DNA from: Membranihabitans marinus | GTDB taxonomy: Bacteria; Bacteroidota; Bacteroidia; Chitinophagales; Saprospiraceae | Assembly: GCF_021729155.1 (NCBI RefSeq) | Contig: NZ_JAJQYA010000002.1 | Coordinates: 191,348 to 255,347 of the forward strand | DNA: 64,000 bases | Direction of reading: 5' to 3' | Made by a program: the position numbers and the translations under genes | In this document: one piece after another, positions 1 to 9,494 of the stretch | Position numbering within the stretch: position 1 is the stretch's first letter | Layout of the letters: the number at the start of each line of letters is the position of its first letter | The notes under the pieces: model-generated | Told to the model about the DNA's origin: nothing | The model's input: only the letters and a program-made list of their open reading frames with translations | Databases searched by the model: none

Positions 1-360
1 ATCGAATTACGTTGCAGTCACGCCTCGGCATGGGATCTTTCTTAGCCGAGAGGCGGAGCTCTCGGTTCCCTCGCCAAATACCGATTTACGGGCTCACCCA
101 TCCACGACACTGTGGTCGTGGCTCCTTCACCTAGGCTCACCCACCCGGAGCACAGCGGCTAAAAACCTATCGATTTATATTTCAGTCACGCCGGAGCACA
201 GTGGCTCCGGTTCCCTCGCCATTGATCCATTTAGGATCAATGGTGCTGCGCACTTCGCTCGGTCACACCCGATGGATGGATCCCTCGGTTCCTTCATCCA
301 ATTGATATTTAATCAATTGGGTTGCTCTTCGAGCAACTACATTCGGTCATGTTCTGTCAT
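1..360. repeat. GC-rich structured repeat element, truncated by the window start. Order of parts: CACGCC(T/G)(C/G)GGC-type units, hairpin CCGGAGC-ACAGTG-GCTCCGG, TTCCCTCGCC, hairpin CCATTGATCC/GGATCAATGG, hairpin CCAATTGAT/ATCAATTGG, hairpin GTTGCTC-TTCG-GAGCAAC, then CTACATTCGGTCAT.
   Basis: Direct reading of the sequence. The same hairpin1/TTCCCTC/hairpin/hairpin/TTCATTCGGTCAT architecture recurs at 50185-50280 and 42240-42400, and partly at 12520-12680. GC content is much higher than in the flanking AT-rich intergenic DNA. Confidence 0.6.
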
Positions 361-528
361 GCTCGGTCATTAAAAAAAGTATTTGGTAATACAGTTATTT
401 GAATGCCATATCTTTATCCTGCAGTGGTCATCGGAATTGATTATCTCTATTAAATCAAGATTTTTTACTATGCAAACGCTTTAAATTTTAAGTTAATATA
501 AAATCCAAAGTCCATGATTTAGAATAAA

Positions 529-543
529 TTGCAATCGATTGCG
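529..543. promoter_or_regulatory. Candidate LacI-family operator. Perfect 12-bp palindrome GCAATCGATTGC with a central CG, about 170 bp upstream of the first gene of the hexuronate operon.
   Basis: Palindrome seen at 530-541. LacI-type operators are typically 14-20 bp palindromes with a central CG. A LacI-family regulator is encoded at 8420-9460 in the same locus. Confidence 0.3.
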
Positions 544-709
544 ATTTTGACGGTATTAATTTTTTCAATAATTACCGCAAAACTAACTTAATTTCTTGTG
601 GAAAATTACCTTAGATATTTTTGACATATCCCCTTTTTTAATGTAGTTTTAGCGTTTTTAAAAGTAGTACTGAGTTTAATTTTGAAATATAAGTTTTAAA
701 GAAAAAATA

Positions 710-1519
710 ATGTCAATATTTAGTATTGAAAATAAACGAGTTGTAATTACCGGAGGATCAGGTGTCCTCGGACAAGCAGCTGTGCAATATTTATTAGAAA
801 ACAACGCAAAGGTTTGCGTAATTAATCGATCCCCTCAAAAATTAGAAGCTTTGTTGACCAAATGGTCGGCCGTCGGAGAAGTTTGTGGCTTCTCTGGAGA
901 TGTGCTAGATCAAGGTTTTCTCGAAAATGTGAGAGACCAATTAAAAGAACAATGGGGTGGTATTGATGTGCTTATCAATGCTGCTGGGGGGAATAAGCCC
1001 GGTGCGGTTATTCAGCCAGATAGTCAATTTTTTGATGCAAGTATAGAGGACTTAAAGTCGGTATTTGACTTAAATATCCTAGGTACATTATTGCCTACCT
1101 ATGTGTTGGCTGCTTTGTTTCCAGAGGATGGACATTCCAGTGTGATCAACTATTCGTCCATGGCCGCCGATCGAGCCATTACCAGAGTATTGGGTTATTC
1201 CATGGCCAAGGGAAGCATCGATGTGTTTACCAAATGGTTGGCTGTAGAATTTGCTAAAAAATACGGGGAGAGAATTCGAGTGAATGCTGTGGCTCCTGGT
1301 TTCTTTTTAACCGAACAAAATGAAAGATTGCTCACCAATGAAGATGGGAGCCTGACTGATAGAGGACAAGTAATTGTTCAGAATACACCTTATGGTCGAT
1401 TTGGCCAAGCTGATGAACTCAATGGTATTATTCATTATTTATGTAGTCCAGCTTCGCGATTTACTACGGGAATTATTATTCCTATCGATGGTGGTTTTAG
1501 TGCTTTTAGTGGTGTTTAA
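710..1519 (+). CDS. Short-chain dehydrogenase/reductase (SDR). Likely the D-mannonate oxidoreductase (UxuB-type) of Bacteroidota hexuronate loci.
   Basis: N-terminal TGGSGVLG Rossmann motif and a YxxxK catalytic region (YSMAK). Sits immediately upstream of uxuA in the same orientation. Confidence 0.75.
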   Translation: MSIFSIENKRVVITGGSGVLGQAAVQYLLENNAKVCVINRSPQKLEALLTKWSAVGEVCGFSGDVLDQGFLENVRDQLKEQWGGIDVLINAAGGNKPGAVIQPDSQFFDASIEDLKSVFDLNILGTLLPTYVLAALFPEDGHSSVINYSSMAADRAITRVLGYSMAKGSIDVFTKWLAVEFAKKYGERIRVNAVAPGFFLTEQNERLLTNEDGSLTDRGQVIVQNTPYGRFGQADELNGIIHYLCSPASRFTTGIIIPIDGGFSAFSGV

Positions 1520-1554
1520 TCTATATTTTAAATTGATATTGTAATTCAAATAAT

Positions 1555-2724
1555 ATGAAAAATAAAAATTTCTTCGAACCTTCGATGCGATGGTATGGAC
1601 CTGCAGATACAGTAACTTTACTCGATATAAAACAAACTGGTGCTACCGGAATCGTAACTGCCCTGCACCATATTCCCAATGGAGAAGTGTGGACTAAGGA
1701 AGAAATCCAAAAGAGAATTGACGAAGTTGAAGCCGCTGGACTTACATGGAATGTAGTTGAGAGTTTGCCAGTGCATGAAGATATCAAGTTGATGTTGGAT
1801 ACCAGTGAACAACTCATTGAAAACTATAAAATATCTCTTCGCAATTTGGGAGAATTGGGTGTGAAAACGGTTACATATAATTTTATGCCCATTTTAGATT
1901 GGACTAGAACGAGGCTTTATCACCCCTTGGAAGATCAAACCCTGGCCTTGTATTTTGATATAGTCGATTTGGCAGCCTTCGACCTTTTTGTTCTCCAAAG
2001 AGAGGGTACGGAAGTAGATTACAACGATGAAATAATCGCAAAGGCAACAGCTTTATTCGATCAAATGTCGGAAGAAGAACGATTGAAATTGCAACAAAAT
2101 ATTTTGGCAGGTTTACCCGGTTCTGAATCTGGTTATGAATTAGACGACTTTAAGGAGAAGTTGAAACTCTACGATGGAGTATCGAAATTAGATTTGCAAA
2201 ATAATATGGTAGCTTTCTTGTCAGCGATTATGCCTACGGCTGAAGAATATGGTATCAAGATGGCTGTACATCCTGATGATCCTCCCTTTTCTATATTTGG
2301 AATTCCTAGATTTGTCAGCAATCGCGACGACTTAGATTACCTAATGACCAAAGTACCATCTATGAATAATGGTATTTGTTTCTGTACGGGTTCTTTCGGG
2401 GCCAATCCCAATAACGACATGGTGGCCATGGTAAAGGAATTTAGAGAGCGAATTCATTTTTACCATCTTCGAAGTGTTGAAGTCGTTGGCGAACGCCATT
2501 TTTATGAGGCCGATCACTTAGCGGGTAATGCTGATTTCGTAGCCATTATACAAACACTTATAGGTTCGGATCGAGTAGTTCCCATGAGACCAGATCACGG
2601 TCATGCCATGTTGGACGATTTGCACAAAACCACCAATCCAGGCTATACATGTATTGGAAGAATGAAAGGATTGCGAGCTATATTAGGAATAGAAAGAGCC
2701 ATTGTCCAACTTCAAAACTCTTAA
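1555..2724 (+). CDS. uxuA: Mannonate dehydratase
   Basis: 389 aa. N-terminal ...MRWYGP... motif and overall length are typical of UxuA. Embedded in a uxaC/TRAP hexuronate cluster. Confidence 0.9.
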   Translation: MKNKNFFEPSMRWYGPADTVTLLDIKQTGATGIVTALHHIPNGEVWTKEEIQKRIDEVEAAGLTWNVVESLPVHEDIKLMLDTSEQLIENYKISLRNLGELGVKTVTYNFMPILDWTRTRLYHPLEDQTLALYFDIVDLAAFDLFVLQREGTEVDYNDEIIAKATALFDQMSEEERLKLQQNILAGLPGSESGYELDDFKEKLKLYDGVSKLDLQNNMVAFLSAIMPTAEEYGIKMAVHPDDPPFSIFGIPRFVSNRDDLDYLMTKVPSMNNGICFCTGSFGANPNNDMVAMVKEFRERIHFYHLRSVEVVGERHFYEADHLAGNADFVAIIQTLIGSDRVVPMRPDHGHAMLDDLHKTTNPGYTCIGRMKGLRAILGIERAIVQLQNS

Positions 2725-2727
2725 AAT

Positions 2728-3708
2728 ATGAAAATCTCTTGGTTCTATAGTGCTTTCATTGTATTGTCCATTTTGTTGACCTCTTGCGGTGGGGCAAAAG
2801 ACAAAAACACTATTATTTTAGCTCACTCTTTGCCCACCAGTCACCCAGTGCATCGGGCTTTAGAATTTTTAAATACGGAATTAATTAAAAATTCTGATGG
2901 GAAAATGGAGTTGAAAATCTATCCCAATGGCCAATTGGGGTCTGAAAGAGAAGTGTTGGAGCTTATCCAGATAGGAAGCGTAGGAATGACTAAGGTCAGT
3001 GCGGGAACCATGGCCAATTTTTCTCCAAAATATCGCGTACTTGGCGTCCCTTATTTATTTAAGGATGCCGATCACGGTTGGCGGGTATTAGAAGGAGAGA
3101 TCGGCAAAGAGATATTAGATAGCGGAAAAGAATATTTATTGAAAGGACTATGTTTTTACGATGCTGGGAGTCGTAGTTTTTATACCAAAACAAAGCCCAT
3201 TCATTCTGCTGAAGATGTTAAAGGCTTGAAAATTCGTGTAATGAACGACAATATGGCCATTGAAATGGTCAACTTGCTCGGAGGATCTGCAACGCCAATG
3301 TCTTTTGGAGAACTTTATACTGCATTGCAGCAAGGGGTTGTGGATGGAGCAGAAAATAACGCTCCATCTGTGGTGACCTCAAATCACTATGAAATCTGTA
3401 AATACTATTCTTTGGATAGGCATACTTTTTTGCCCGACGTAGTAGTGGTTGGAACTCAGGTATGGGATAAACTGACTGAAGAGGAGCAAGGTTGGTTGAT
3501 GACGGCGGCTGAATCTTCTTTAGTGGCAGAAAAGAAATATTGGAATGAAGCGGTAGAAAAAGATATGGCTTTCTTAAGAGAACAAGGTGTTGAAATTATT
3601 GAGCCTGATGCCGAATCTTTTCGAGTGGCTACTCAACCAATGAAAGATAGGCTGAGAGCCGATCCCAAATTAGGTGAATTATTGGAACGAATAGAAAATA
3701 CAAATTGA
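2728..3708 (+). CDS. dctP: TRAP transporter substrate-binding protein (DctP family) with a lipoprotein signal
   Basis: 326 aa. Signal peptide plus a Cys (LTSCGG). Followed directly by small and large TRAP permease genes. Confidence 0.8.
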   Translation: MKISWFYSAFIVLSILLTSCGGAKDKNTIILAHSLPTSHPVHRALEFLNTELIKNSDGKMELKIYPNGQLGSEREVLELIQIGSVGMTKVSAGTMANFSPKYRVLGVPYLFKDADHGWRVLEGEIGKEILDSGKEYLLKGLCFYDAGSRSFYTKTKPIHSAEDVKGLKIRVMNDNMAIEMVNLLGGSATPMSFGELYTALQQGVVDGAENNAPSVVTSNHYEICKYYSLDRHTFLPDVVVVGTQVWDKLTEEEQGWLMTAAESSLVAEKKYWNEAVEKDMAFLREQGVEIIEPDAESFRVATQPMKDRLRADPKLGELLERIENTN

Positions 3709-4190
3709 TGATAACCTTAATAAACAAAACAGTAGAGCGATTACTGATAGGTATATTTATTATTATGACACTGAGCGTTACTTGGCAAGTGTTGAGTAGA
3801 TATATCTTCAACGTATCCGCCTCTTTTACAGAAGAATTGGCTCGATTTTGTTTGATGTGGTTGGCCATATTAGGCGCCGCATATATGACAGGTCAGCGGG
3901 GGCACATATCTATCGATTACTTGTTTAAAAAATTTTCACCGGATAATCAGCGTCGATTAGATTATTTCATAGAAATATTGATCATCGTATTTTCTGTAGC
4001 CGTATTGGTTATTGGAGGTGCGTATTTAATGTATATGACCTTTTATTTGAATCAAAAGTCTCCTGCCTTGCAGGTTCCTTTGGGGGCGGTGTATTCTGTA
4101 TTGCCCTTGAGTGGCGTATTGATTACATTCTATTCCCTAATTCACTTGAAGCAAATTAGTGTTAATAAATATCCTGAGCATGAATCCTGA
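3705..4190 (+). CDS. dctQ: TRAP transporter small permease (DctQ family)
   Basis: 161 aa with four predicted TM segments. Overlaps the dctP stop and precedes dctM. Confidence 0.75.
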   Translation: MMITLINKTVERLLIGIFIIMTLSVTWQVLSRYIFNVSASFTEELARFCLMWLAILGAAYMTGQRGHISIDYLFKKFSPDNQRRLDYFIEILIIVFSVAVLVIGGAYLMYMTFYLNQKSPALQVPLGAVYSVLPLSGVLITFYSLIHLKQISVNKYPEHES

Positions 4191-5484
4191 ATTATTTAGT
4201 ATATCGATTCTATTTTTATCGTTTTTTATATTGTTGTTTCTAAAAGTTCCCGTAGCTTTTAGTATTGGTATATCCACCACCTTGACATTATTGTTGAGCA
4301 TTCCTTTTTTGCCAGCTGTTACGACCATTAGTCAGCGAATGATGACAGGTTTGGATTCATTTGCTTTATTGGCTATTCCATTCTTTGTATTAGCAGGGGA
4401 AATAATGAACCAAGGAGGTATTGCAAGGCGATTAATTAATTTTGCAAAATCTCTTGTCGGAGCTCTGCCAGGAGGTTTGTCATTTGTCAATATTTTAGCG
4501 GCCATGCTTTTTGGAGCAATATCTGGTTCATCGGTTGCAGCGGCCTCTGCTATTGGAGGGACTATGACTGAAACCATGGTCAAAGAGGGGTATCCTCGAC
4601 CATATACGGCGGCCATAAATATAACAGCTTCAACTACTGGATTGATTATTCCACCCAGTAACGTCCTTATCGTTTTTGCATTGGCCAGTGGGGGGACAGC
4701 ATCAGTAGCTGCCTTATTTTTGGCTGGATATATTCCAGGTATTCTTACCGGATTGGCATTGATGATTACCGCTTCTTATTTTGCGCGTAAAATGGACTTG
4801 CCAAGAGGGGACAGATCTTCATTGACCACATTGTGGAAAGACTTTAAAGGTGCATTCCTAAGTTTATTGATGTTGTTCGTCGTTGTTGGCGGAATTGTAG
4901 CTGGTGTATTTACTGCCACTGAGGCTGCTGCTATTGCAGTACTCTATGCTGCAGGTTTGGCTTTGGCATATAAAGAAGTCAAAATAAAAGATTTCAAAAA
5001 GATATTCCTAGATAGTGCAAAAACCAATGCTATCGTTACTTTCTTAATCGGTACCTCTATGGCCATGTCTTGGTTGTTTTCTTTTGAAAGCTTCCCACAG
5101 TATATCACCAATCTGGTACTGGGTAATATAAGTAACCCATTTGTCATTTTCTTGATTATCAACTTAACGCTCTTAGTGGTGGGTACCTTTATGGATATTA
5201 CCCCTGCGGTGTTAATCTTTACGCCTATATTTTTGCCCTTAGTTACTGAGTTGGGAATGGACCCCGTACACTTTGGGATTATTATGGTCCTCAATCTATG
5301 TATTGGGATATGTACACCTCCAGTGGGAACCTTGCTCTTTGTCGGTAGTGGGGTCGCCCATGTAAAGGTAACCGAGGTGATTAAGCCATTGCTTCCATTT
5401 TTATTGACTATGGTCATTGTACTATTTATTATAACTTATGTTCCAGCGTTGGTCATGTGGCTACCTGGGTTATTTGGATACTAA
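4180..5484 (+). CDS. dctM: TRAP transporter large permease (DctM family)
   Basis: About 434 aa, polytopic, with glycine-rich TM segments typical of DctM. Start chosen at MNPELF...; the ORF track extends to 4159. Confidence 0.85.
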   Translation: MNPELFSISILFLSFFILLFLKVPVAFSIGISTTLTLLLSIPFLPAVTTISQRMMTGLDSFALLAIPFFVLAGEIMNQGGIARRLINFAKSLVGALPGGLSFVNILAAMLFGAISGSSVAAASAIGGTMTETMVKEGYPRPYTAAINITASTTGLIIPPSNVLIVFALASGGTASVAALFLAGYIPGILTGLALMITASYFARKMDLPRGDRSSLTTLWKDFKGAFLSLLMLFVVVGGIVAGVFTATEAAAIAVLYAAGLALAYKEVKIKDFKKIFLDSAKTNAIVTFLIGTSMAMSWLFSFESFPQYITNLVLGNISNPFVIFLIINLTLLVVGTFMDITPAVLIFTPIFLPLVTELGMDPVHFGIIMVLNLCIGICTPPVGTLLFVGSGVAHVKVTEVIKPLLPFLLTMVIVLFIITYVPALVMWLPGLFGY

Positions 5485-5494
5485 AAACTTTATT

Positions 5495-6871
5495 ATGAAA
5501 AACAAATTTTTATTATTAACACTTTTAATTTTGGGCGCGCAAGCGTTATCAGCCCAAGATCTCAACTGGAAAGAATTATTTAATGGAAAAAATTTTGACG
5601 GTTGGACTATCTTGAATGGTAAGGCTAAATACCATATAGAAGGAGATGAAATAGTGGGTACTTCTCAATTAAATACACCGAATACTTTTTTGACCACTGA
5701 TATAATGTATTCCGATTTTATATTGGAATTTGAAGTAATGGTAGACCCTAGTTTAAATAGCGGGGTTCAATTTAGATCCAATAGCATCGAAAGCTATAAA
5801 GACGGAAGAGTTCACGGATACCAATGCGAAATCGATCCCAGTAGTCGGGCTTATAGTGGAGGTGTTTATGATGAAGGTCGTCGAGGATGGTTATATCCCT
5901 TGTCTCGTAATCCCAAAGGAAGAGCAGCATTTAACGTTTCTGGTTGGAACAGTTACCGTATTGAAGCCATTGGACCAAGTATTCGAATTTGGGTAAATGG
6001 TGTCAATACGACCAATATGTTGGACGACAAAACCGCTAGTGGTTTTATCGGATTACAAGTTCACGGTATCGGTAAAAAATTCCAAGAAGGCAAACAAATT
6101 AGATGGAGAAATATCCGTATTGCTACAGAGAATTTGGAATACAATCGATGGGCCATGGATCCCGATGTTGTTGAACTGAATTATTTGGCCAACAATCTTA
6201 GCGAGCAAGAAATAAGAAGAGGATGGAGAATGTTGTGGGACGGAAAAACCACTGACGGATGGAGAAGTGCCAAGTCCAAAACCTTTCCTAAGAATGGTTG
6301 GGTGGTTGAAGATGGCCAATTAATAGTATTGGAAGGAAACGGAGGAGAAGCTGAAAACGGTGGTGATATTATCACTGAAGAAAAATTCTCCGATTTTGAA
6401 TTGCAATTGGAATTTAAAATAACCGAAGGTGCCAATTCTGGTATTAAGTATTTTGTAGACCCTGATATCAATCAAGGATCGGGTTCGTCAATTGGTTTGG
6501 AATTTCAAATTTTGGATGATAAGAAACATCCTGACGCTAAGAAAGGTGTAAAGGGAAATAGAACTGTTGGTTCATTGTACGATCTTATCGCTGCTACCAA
6601 TTTGTCTATTGAAGGTAGATCAAAGACTTTCCGTGGAGTAGGAGAGTGGAACCAAGCTAGAATAGTGGTTCAAGGCAATCACGTAGAACATTGGTTGAAC
6701 GGTTACAAAGTGGTTGAATACGAGCGCAAAACCCCAATGTTTAGAGCTCTTGTAAATTATAGCAAATATGAAAAATGGCCTAATTTCGGAGAATTAGATC
6801 AAGGACATATCTTGTTGCAAGACCACGGAAACAGAGTTGCTTATAGAAGCATCAAGATTCGAGAATTTTAA
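5495..6871 (+). CDS. Secreted protein with two tandem DUF1080 (3-keto-disaccharide hydrolase-like) domains
   Basis: Signal peptide MKNKFLLLTLLILGAQALSA. The two halves each carry the W(K/R)xLFNGK(N/T)xDGW signature and a C-terminal (I/V)xYRSIKIREF-like end characteristic of DUF1080. Confidence 0.7.
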   Translation: MKNKFLLLTLLILGAQALSAQDLNWKELFNGKNFDGWTILNGKAKYHIEGDEIVGTSQLNTPNTFLTTDIMYSDFILEFEVMVDPSLNSGVQFRSNSIESYKDGRVHGYQCEIDPSSRAYSGGVYDEGRRGWLYPLSRNPKGRAAFNVSGWNSYRIEAIGPSIRIWVNGVNTTNMLDDKTASGFIGLQVHGIGKKFQEGKQIRWRNIRIATENLEYNRWAMDPDVVELNYLANNLSEQEIRRGWRMLWDGKTTDGWRSAKSKTFPKNGWVVEDGQLIVLEGNGGEAENGGDIITEEKFSDFELQLEFKITEGANSGIKYFVDPDINQGSGSSIGLEFQILDDKKHPDAKKGVKGNRTVGSLYDLIAATNLSIEGRSKTFRGVGEWNQARIVVQGNHVEHWLNGYKVVEYERKTPMFRALVNYSKYEKWPNFGELDQGHILLQDHGNRVAYRSIKIREF

Positions 6872-6922
6872 AGATAATTTAAATACTTACTTGTTGGCCC
6901 CAAGCCTATAAATTACTATACT

Positions 6923-8326
6923 ATGTCTGATTTTATAAAGGAGAATTTTATACTGGAGAACGATTATGCAAGGCAGCTGTATTTTGACCATGCTGCTCAT
7001 CAGCCCATCATTGATTATCACAACCATTTACCGCCGAAGGATATTCAAGATAATAGAATATATACCAATATCACTGAGGCATGGTTGGAAGGTGATCATT
7101 ATAAGTGGCGTGCAATGAGGGCCTTGGGTGTTGATGAATCCTTTATAACTGGTGACCATGGGCCAAAGGAAAAATTTCAGAAATGGGCTGAATCAGTACC
7201 ATATACTATGCGTAATCCATTGTATCATTGGACGCATTTGGAATTAAAGCGATATTTTGGTGTAAACCAATTGTTGAATGCGGACTCTGGATCGGCGATA
7301 TACGACGCTGTTTCAGAGAAAATAAATTCACCTGAATATTCCGCTGTTCGCTTATTAGAGAAAATGAAGGTAGAGGTCGTCTGTACAACAGATGACCCTG
7401 CCGACTCTTTAGATCAACATATTGCATATGGAAAAGATCCAGGCGGGAGTTTTAAAATGTTCCCCACGTTTAGACCTGACAAGTCACTTAATATTGAAAA
7501 AAGTGAATTTCCAGCCTATATTGAAAAATTGGGTAATTCGGAAGGTGTTGATATCCAGTCGGTAAGTCAATTGATCGAAGTGTTGGAAGCCCGGATTAAG
7601 TTTTTTACTTCATTGGGTTGTAAAGCTTCTGACTACGGTTTGGATACTATTTATTCAGAAGATTGTACACCGGAAGAAGCAGAAGCTATCCTTGTCAAGC
7701 GATTGAGTGGAGAAGAAGTTAGCGAGCAGGAATCCAATAAGTACAAGTCTTATGTGTTGTATCATTTATGTTGTATGTATCACCAGCAAGGTTGGGTACA
7801 GCAATTTCACGTAGGAGCGCTGCGAAACAACAGCACTAGAATGTTTAATAAATTGGGGTCGGATACCGGATTTGATTCTATGCGCGATGAAAATCACGCT
7901 TGGAATATGTCGAGATTGTTTAATCGATTAGATCAAACAGATCAACTGACCAAAACCATAATCTATAATTTAAATCCCAAAGATAACGCCACTTTTGCAA
8001 CCATGATAGGGAATTTTAATGACGGTATAACCCGTGGTAAGATTCAATGGGGATCTGGTTGGTGGTTTCTAGATCAAAAAGATGGAATGGAAGATCAGAT
8101 GAACCTATTATCTAGTGTAGGTATCTTGTCTCTCTTTGTAGGGATGTTGACCGATAGTCGCAGTTTCCTTTCCTTCCCTCGGCATGAATATTTTAGAAGG
8201 ATATTGTGCAATCTATTGGGGAATGATATTGAGAAGGGTTTACTCCCAGCTTCAGAAATTGCCTTTATTGGACAAATGGTTGAAGATATTTGTTACAATA
8301 ATGTAAAACAATATTTGAATCTTTAA
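6923..8326 (+). CDS. uxaC: Glucuronate isomerase
   Basis: 467 aa. N-terminus ...LYFDHAAHQPIIDYHNHLPP... is the UxaC signature. Confidence 0.9.
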   Translation: MSDFIKENFILENDYARQLYFDHAAHQPIIDYHNHLPPKDIQDNRIYTNITEAWLEGDHYKWRAMRALGVDESFITGDHGPKEKFQKWAESVPYTMRNPLYHWTHLELKRYFGVNQLLNADSGSAIYDAVSEKINSPEYSAVRLLEKMKVEVVCTTDDPADSLDQHIAYGKDPGGSFKMFPTFRPDKSLNIEKSEFPAYIEKLGNSEGVDIQSVSQLIEVLEARIKFFTSLGCKASDYGLDTIYSEDCTPEEAEAILVKRLSGEEVSEQESNKYKSYVLYHLCCMYHQQGWVQQFHVGALRNNSTRMFNKLGSDTGFDSMRDENHAWNMSRLFNRLDQTDQLTKTIIYNLNPKDNATFATMIGNFNDGITRGKIQWGSGWWFLDQKDGMEDQMNLLSSVGILSLFVGMLTDSRSFLSFPRHEYFRRILCNLLGNDIEKGLLPASEIAFIGQMVEDICYNNVKQYLNL

Positions 8327-8419
8327 TTTCTTAAATAATAGAAATTATTGAATTTAAATTAATACAATTAGCTTTATTTTCACAGAGGAATAGAAGCTTA
8401 AAAGATTAAATGATCTGCA

Positions 8420-9460
8420 GTGGAGAAAAAGAAAAACGGACAAGATTTTACCATCGTAGATATAGCCAATGAATTGAATATATCTGCGGCCACTGTATCT
8501 CGTGCTCTAAACGATCATAGTGATATCAGTGAGGCTACCAAGGAAAAGGTGCGTAAAATGGCTCAAAAAATGGGTTATCGACGCAACAAAATAGCCTCTG
8601 GATTGAGAAGTAAGAAGTCATATACCGTGGGTTTTATTATCCCGAGTTTGTCTTCATATTTTCAGACTGAATTGTTGACCGTTATTCAAAACAAAATGCA
8701 TGATTACGGGTACAATGTCATTATTTGTCAATCCAATGATTCCTTTGAGCTGGAACGTCAATTGGTGAATACATTGTATTCTTATCGAGTAGATGCTTTG
8801 TTTACTTCACTTTCACTTTATACAGAAGATTACAGTCATTTTCAACCCTTTATTGACAGGGGGATTCCTGTGGTATTCTATGATAGGGTTCCCAAAGTTG
8901 ATTTGCCGGCATATGTTATAATAGGTGATGATGTCAGAGGGGGATATTTGGCTGCCAATCACTTGATTGAGACCGGTTGCAAAACCTTGGCCTTTATCAA
9001 TGGCCCAACTTCCTGTAAGATTTATCACGATAGACTACAAGGATTTCAACAAGCGCTGAAAAATAACAATATCATCTACGATGAAAACTATGTTTTTTCC
9101 CATCCATTGAATAATAATTTGACTTGGGATGATTGTAGACATTTGTTTAACGACTTTGATATACCTCCAGATGGGATATTGGCTGCCAACGATACCACAG
9201 CCATTACCGTTCTTCAATATGCTAAAGAAAATCAAATTGATGTACCCAGTCAATTAAAAATTATTGGGTATTCCAATGATCCTCGTTCATCTATTGTTAC
9301 ACCTTCTATATCTACCATTGATCAGAGAATCCCCGAAATGGCTGATGCTGTTGTACAAGCATTTATTGAATTGGTTGTACAAGGTAAAAATGTAACTACG
9401 GAGGGAAGTTTGACCAAAAAAGTGGTTGATATCAGTTTGGTTCGCAGAATGTCGACATAG
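8420..9460 (+). CDS. LacI-family transcriptional regulator, probably the hexuronate locus regulator. GTG start.
   Basis: N-terminal HTH (TIVDIANELNISAATVSRALN) followed by a periplasmic-binding-protein-like sugar-binding domain. Confidence 0.85.
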   Translation: MEKKKNGQDFTIVDIANELNISAATVSRALNDHSDISEATKEKVRKMAQKMGYRRNKIASGLRSKKSYTVGFIIPSLSSYFQTELLTVIQNKMHDYGYNVIICQSNDSFELERQLVNTLYSYRVDALFTSLSLYTEDYSHFQPFIDRGIPVVFYDRVPKVDLPAYVIIGDDVRGGYLAANHLIETGCKTLAFINGPTSCKIYHDRLQGFQQALKNNNIIYDENYVFSHPLNNNLTWDDCRHLFNDFDIPPDGILAANDTTAITVLQYAKENQIDVPSQLKIIGYSNDPRSSIVTPSISTIDQRIPEMADAVVQAFIELVVQGKNVTTEGSLTKKVVDISLVRRMST

Positions 9461-9494
9461 ATTTCTTTTAAATACTTTTATTCTTCGCTGTAGT

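Noticed and set aside
1521-1817. Antisense ORFs overlapping uxuA (98 and 64 aa), and similar short antisense ORFs throughout the window
   Set aside because: They lie entirely within well-supported genes on the opposite strand. They are low-complexity with no recognisable domains, typical of AT-rich antisense frames.
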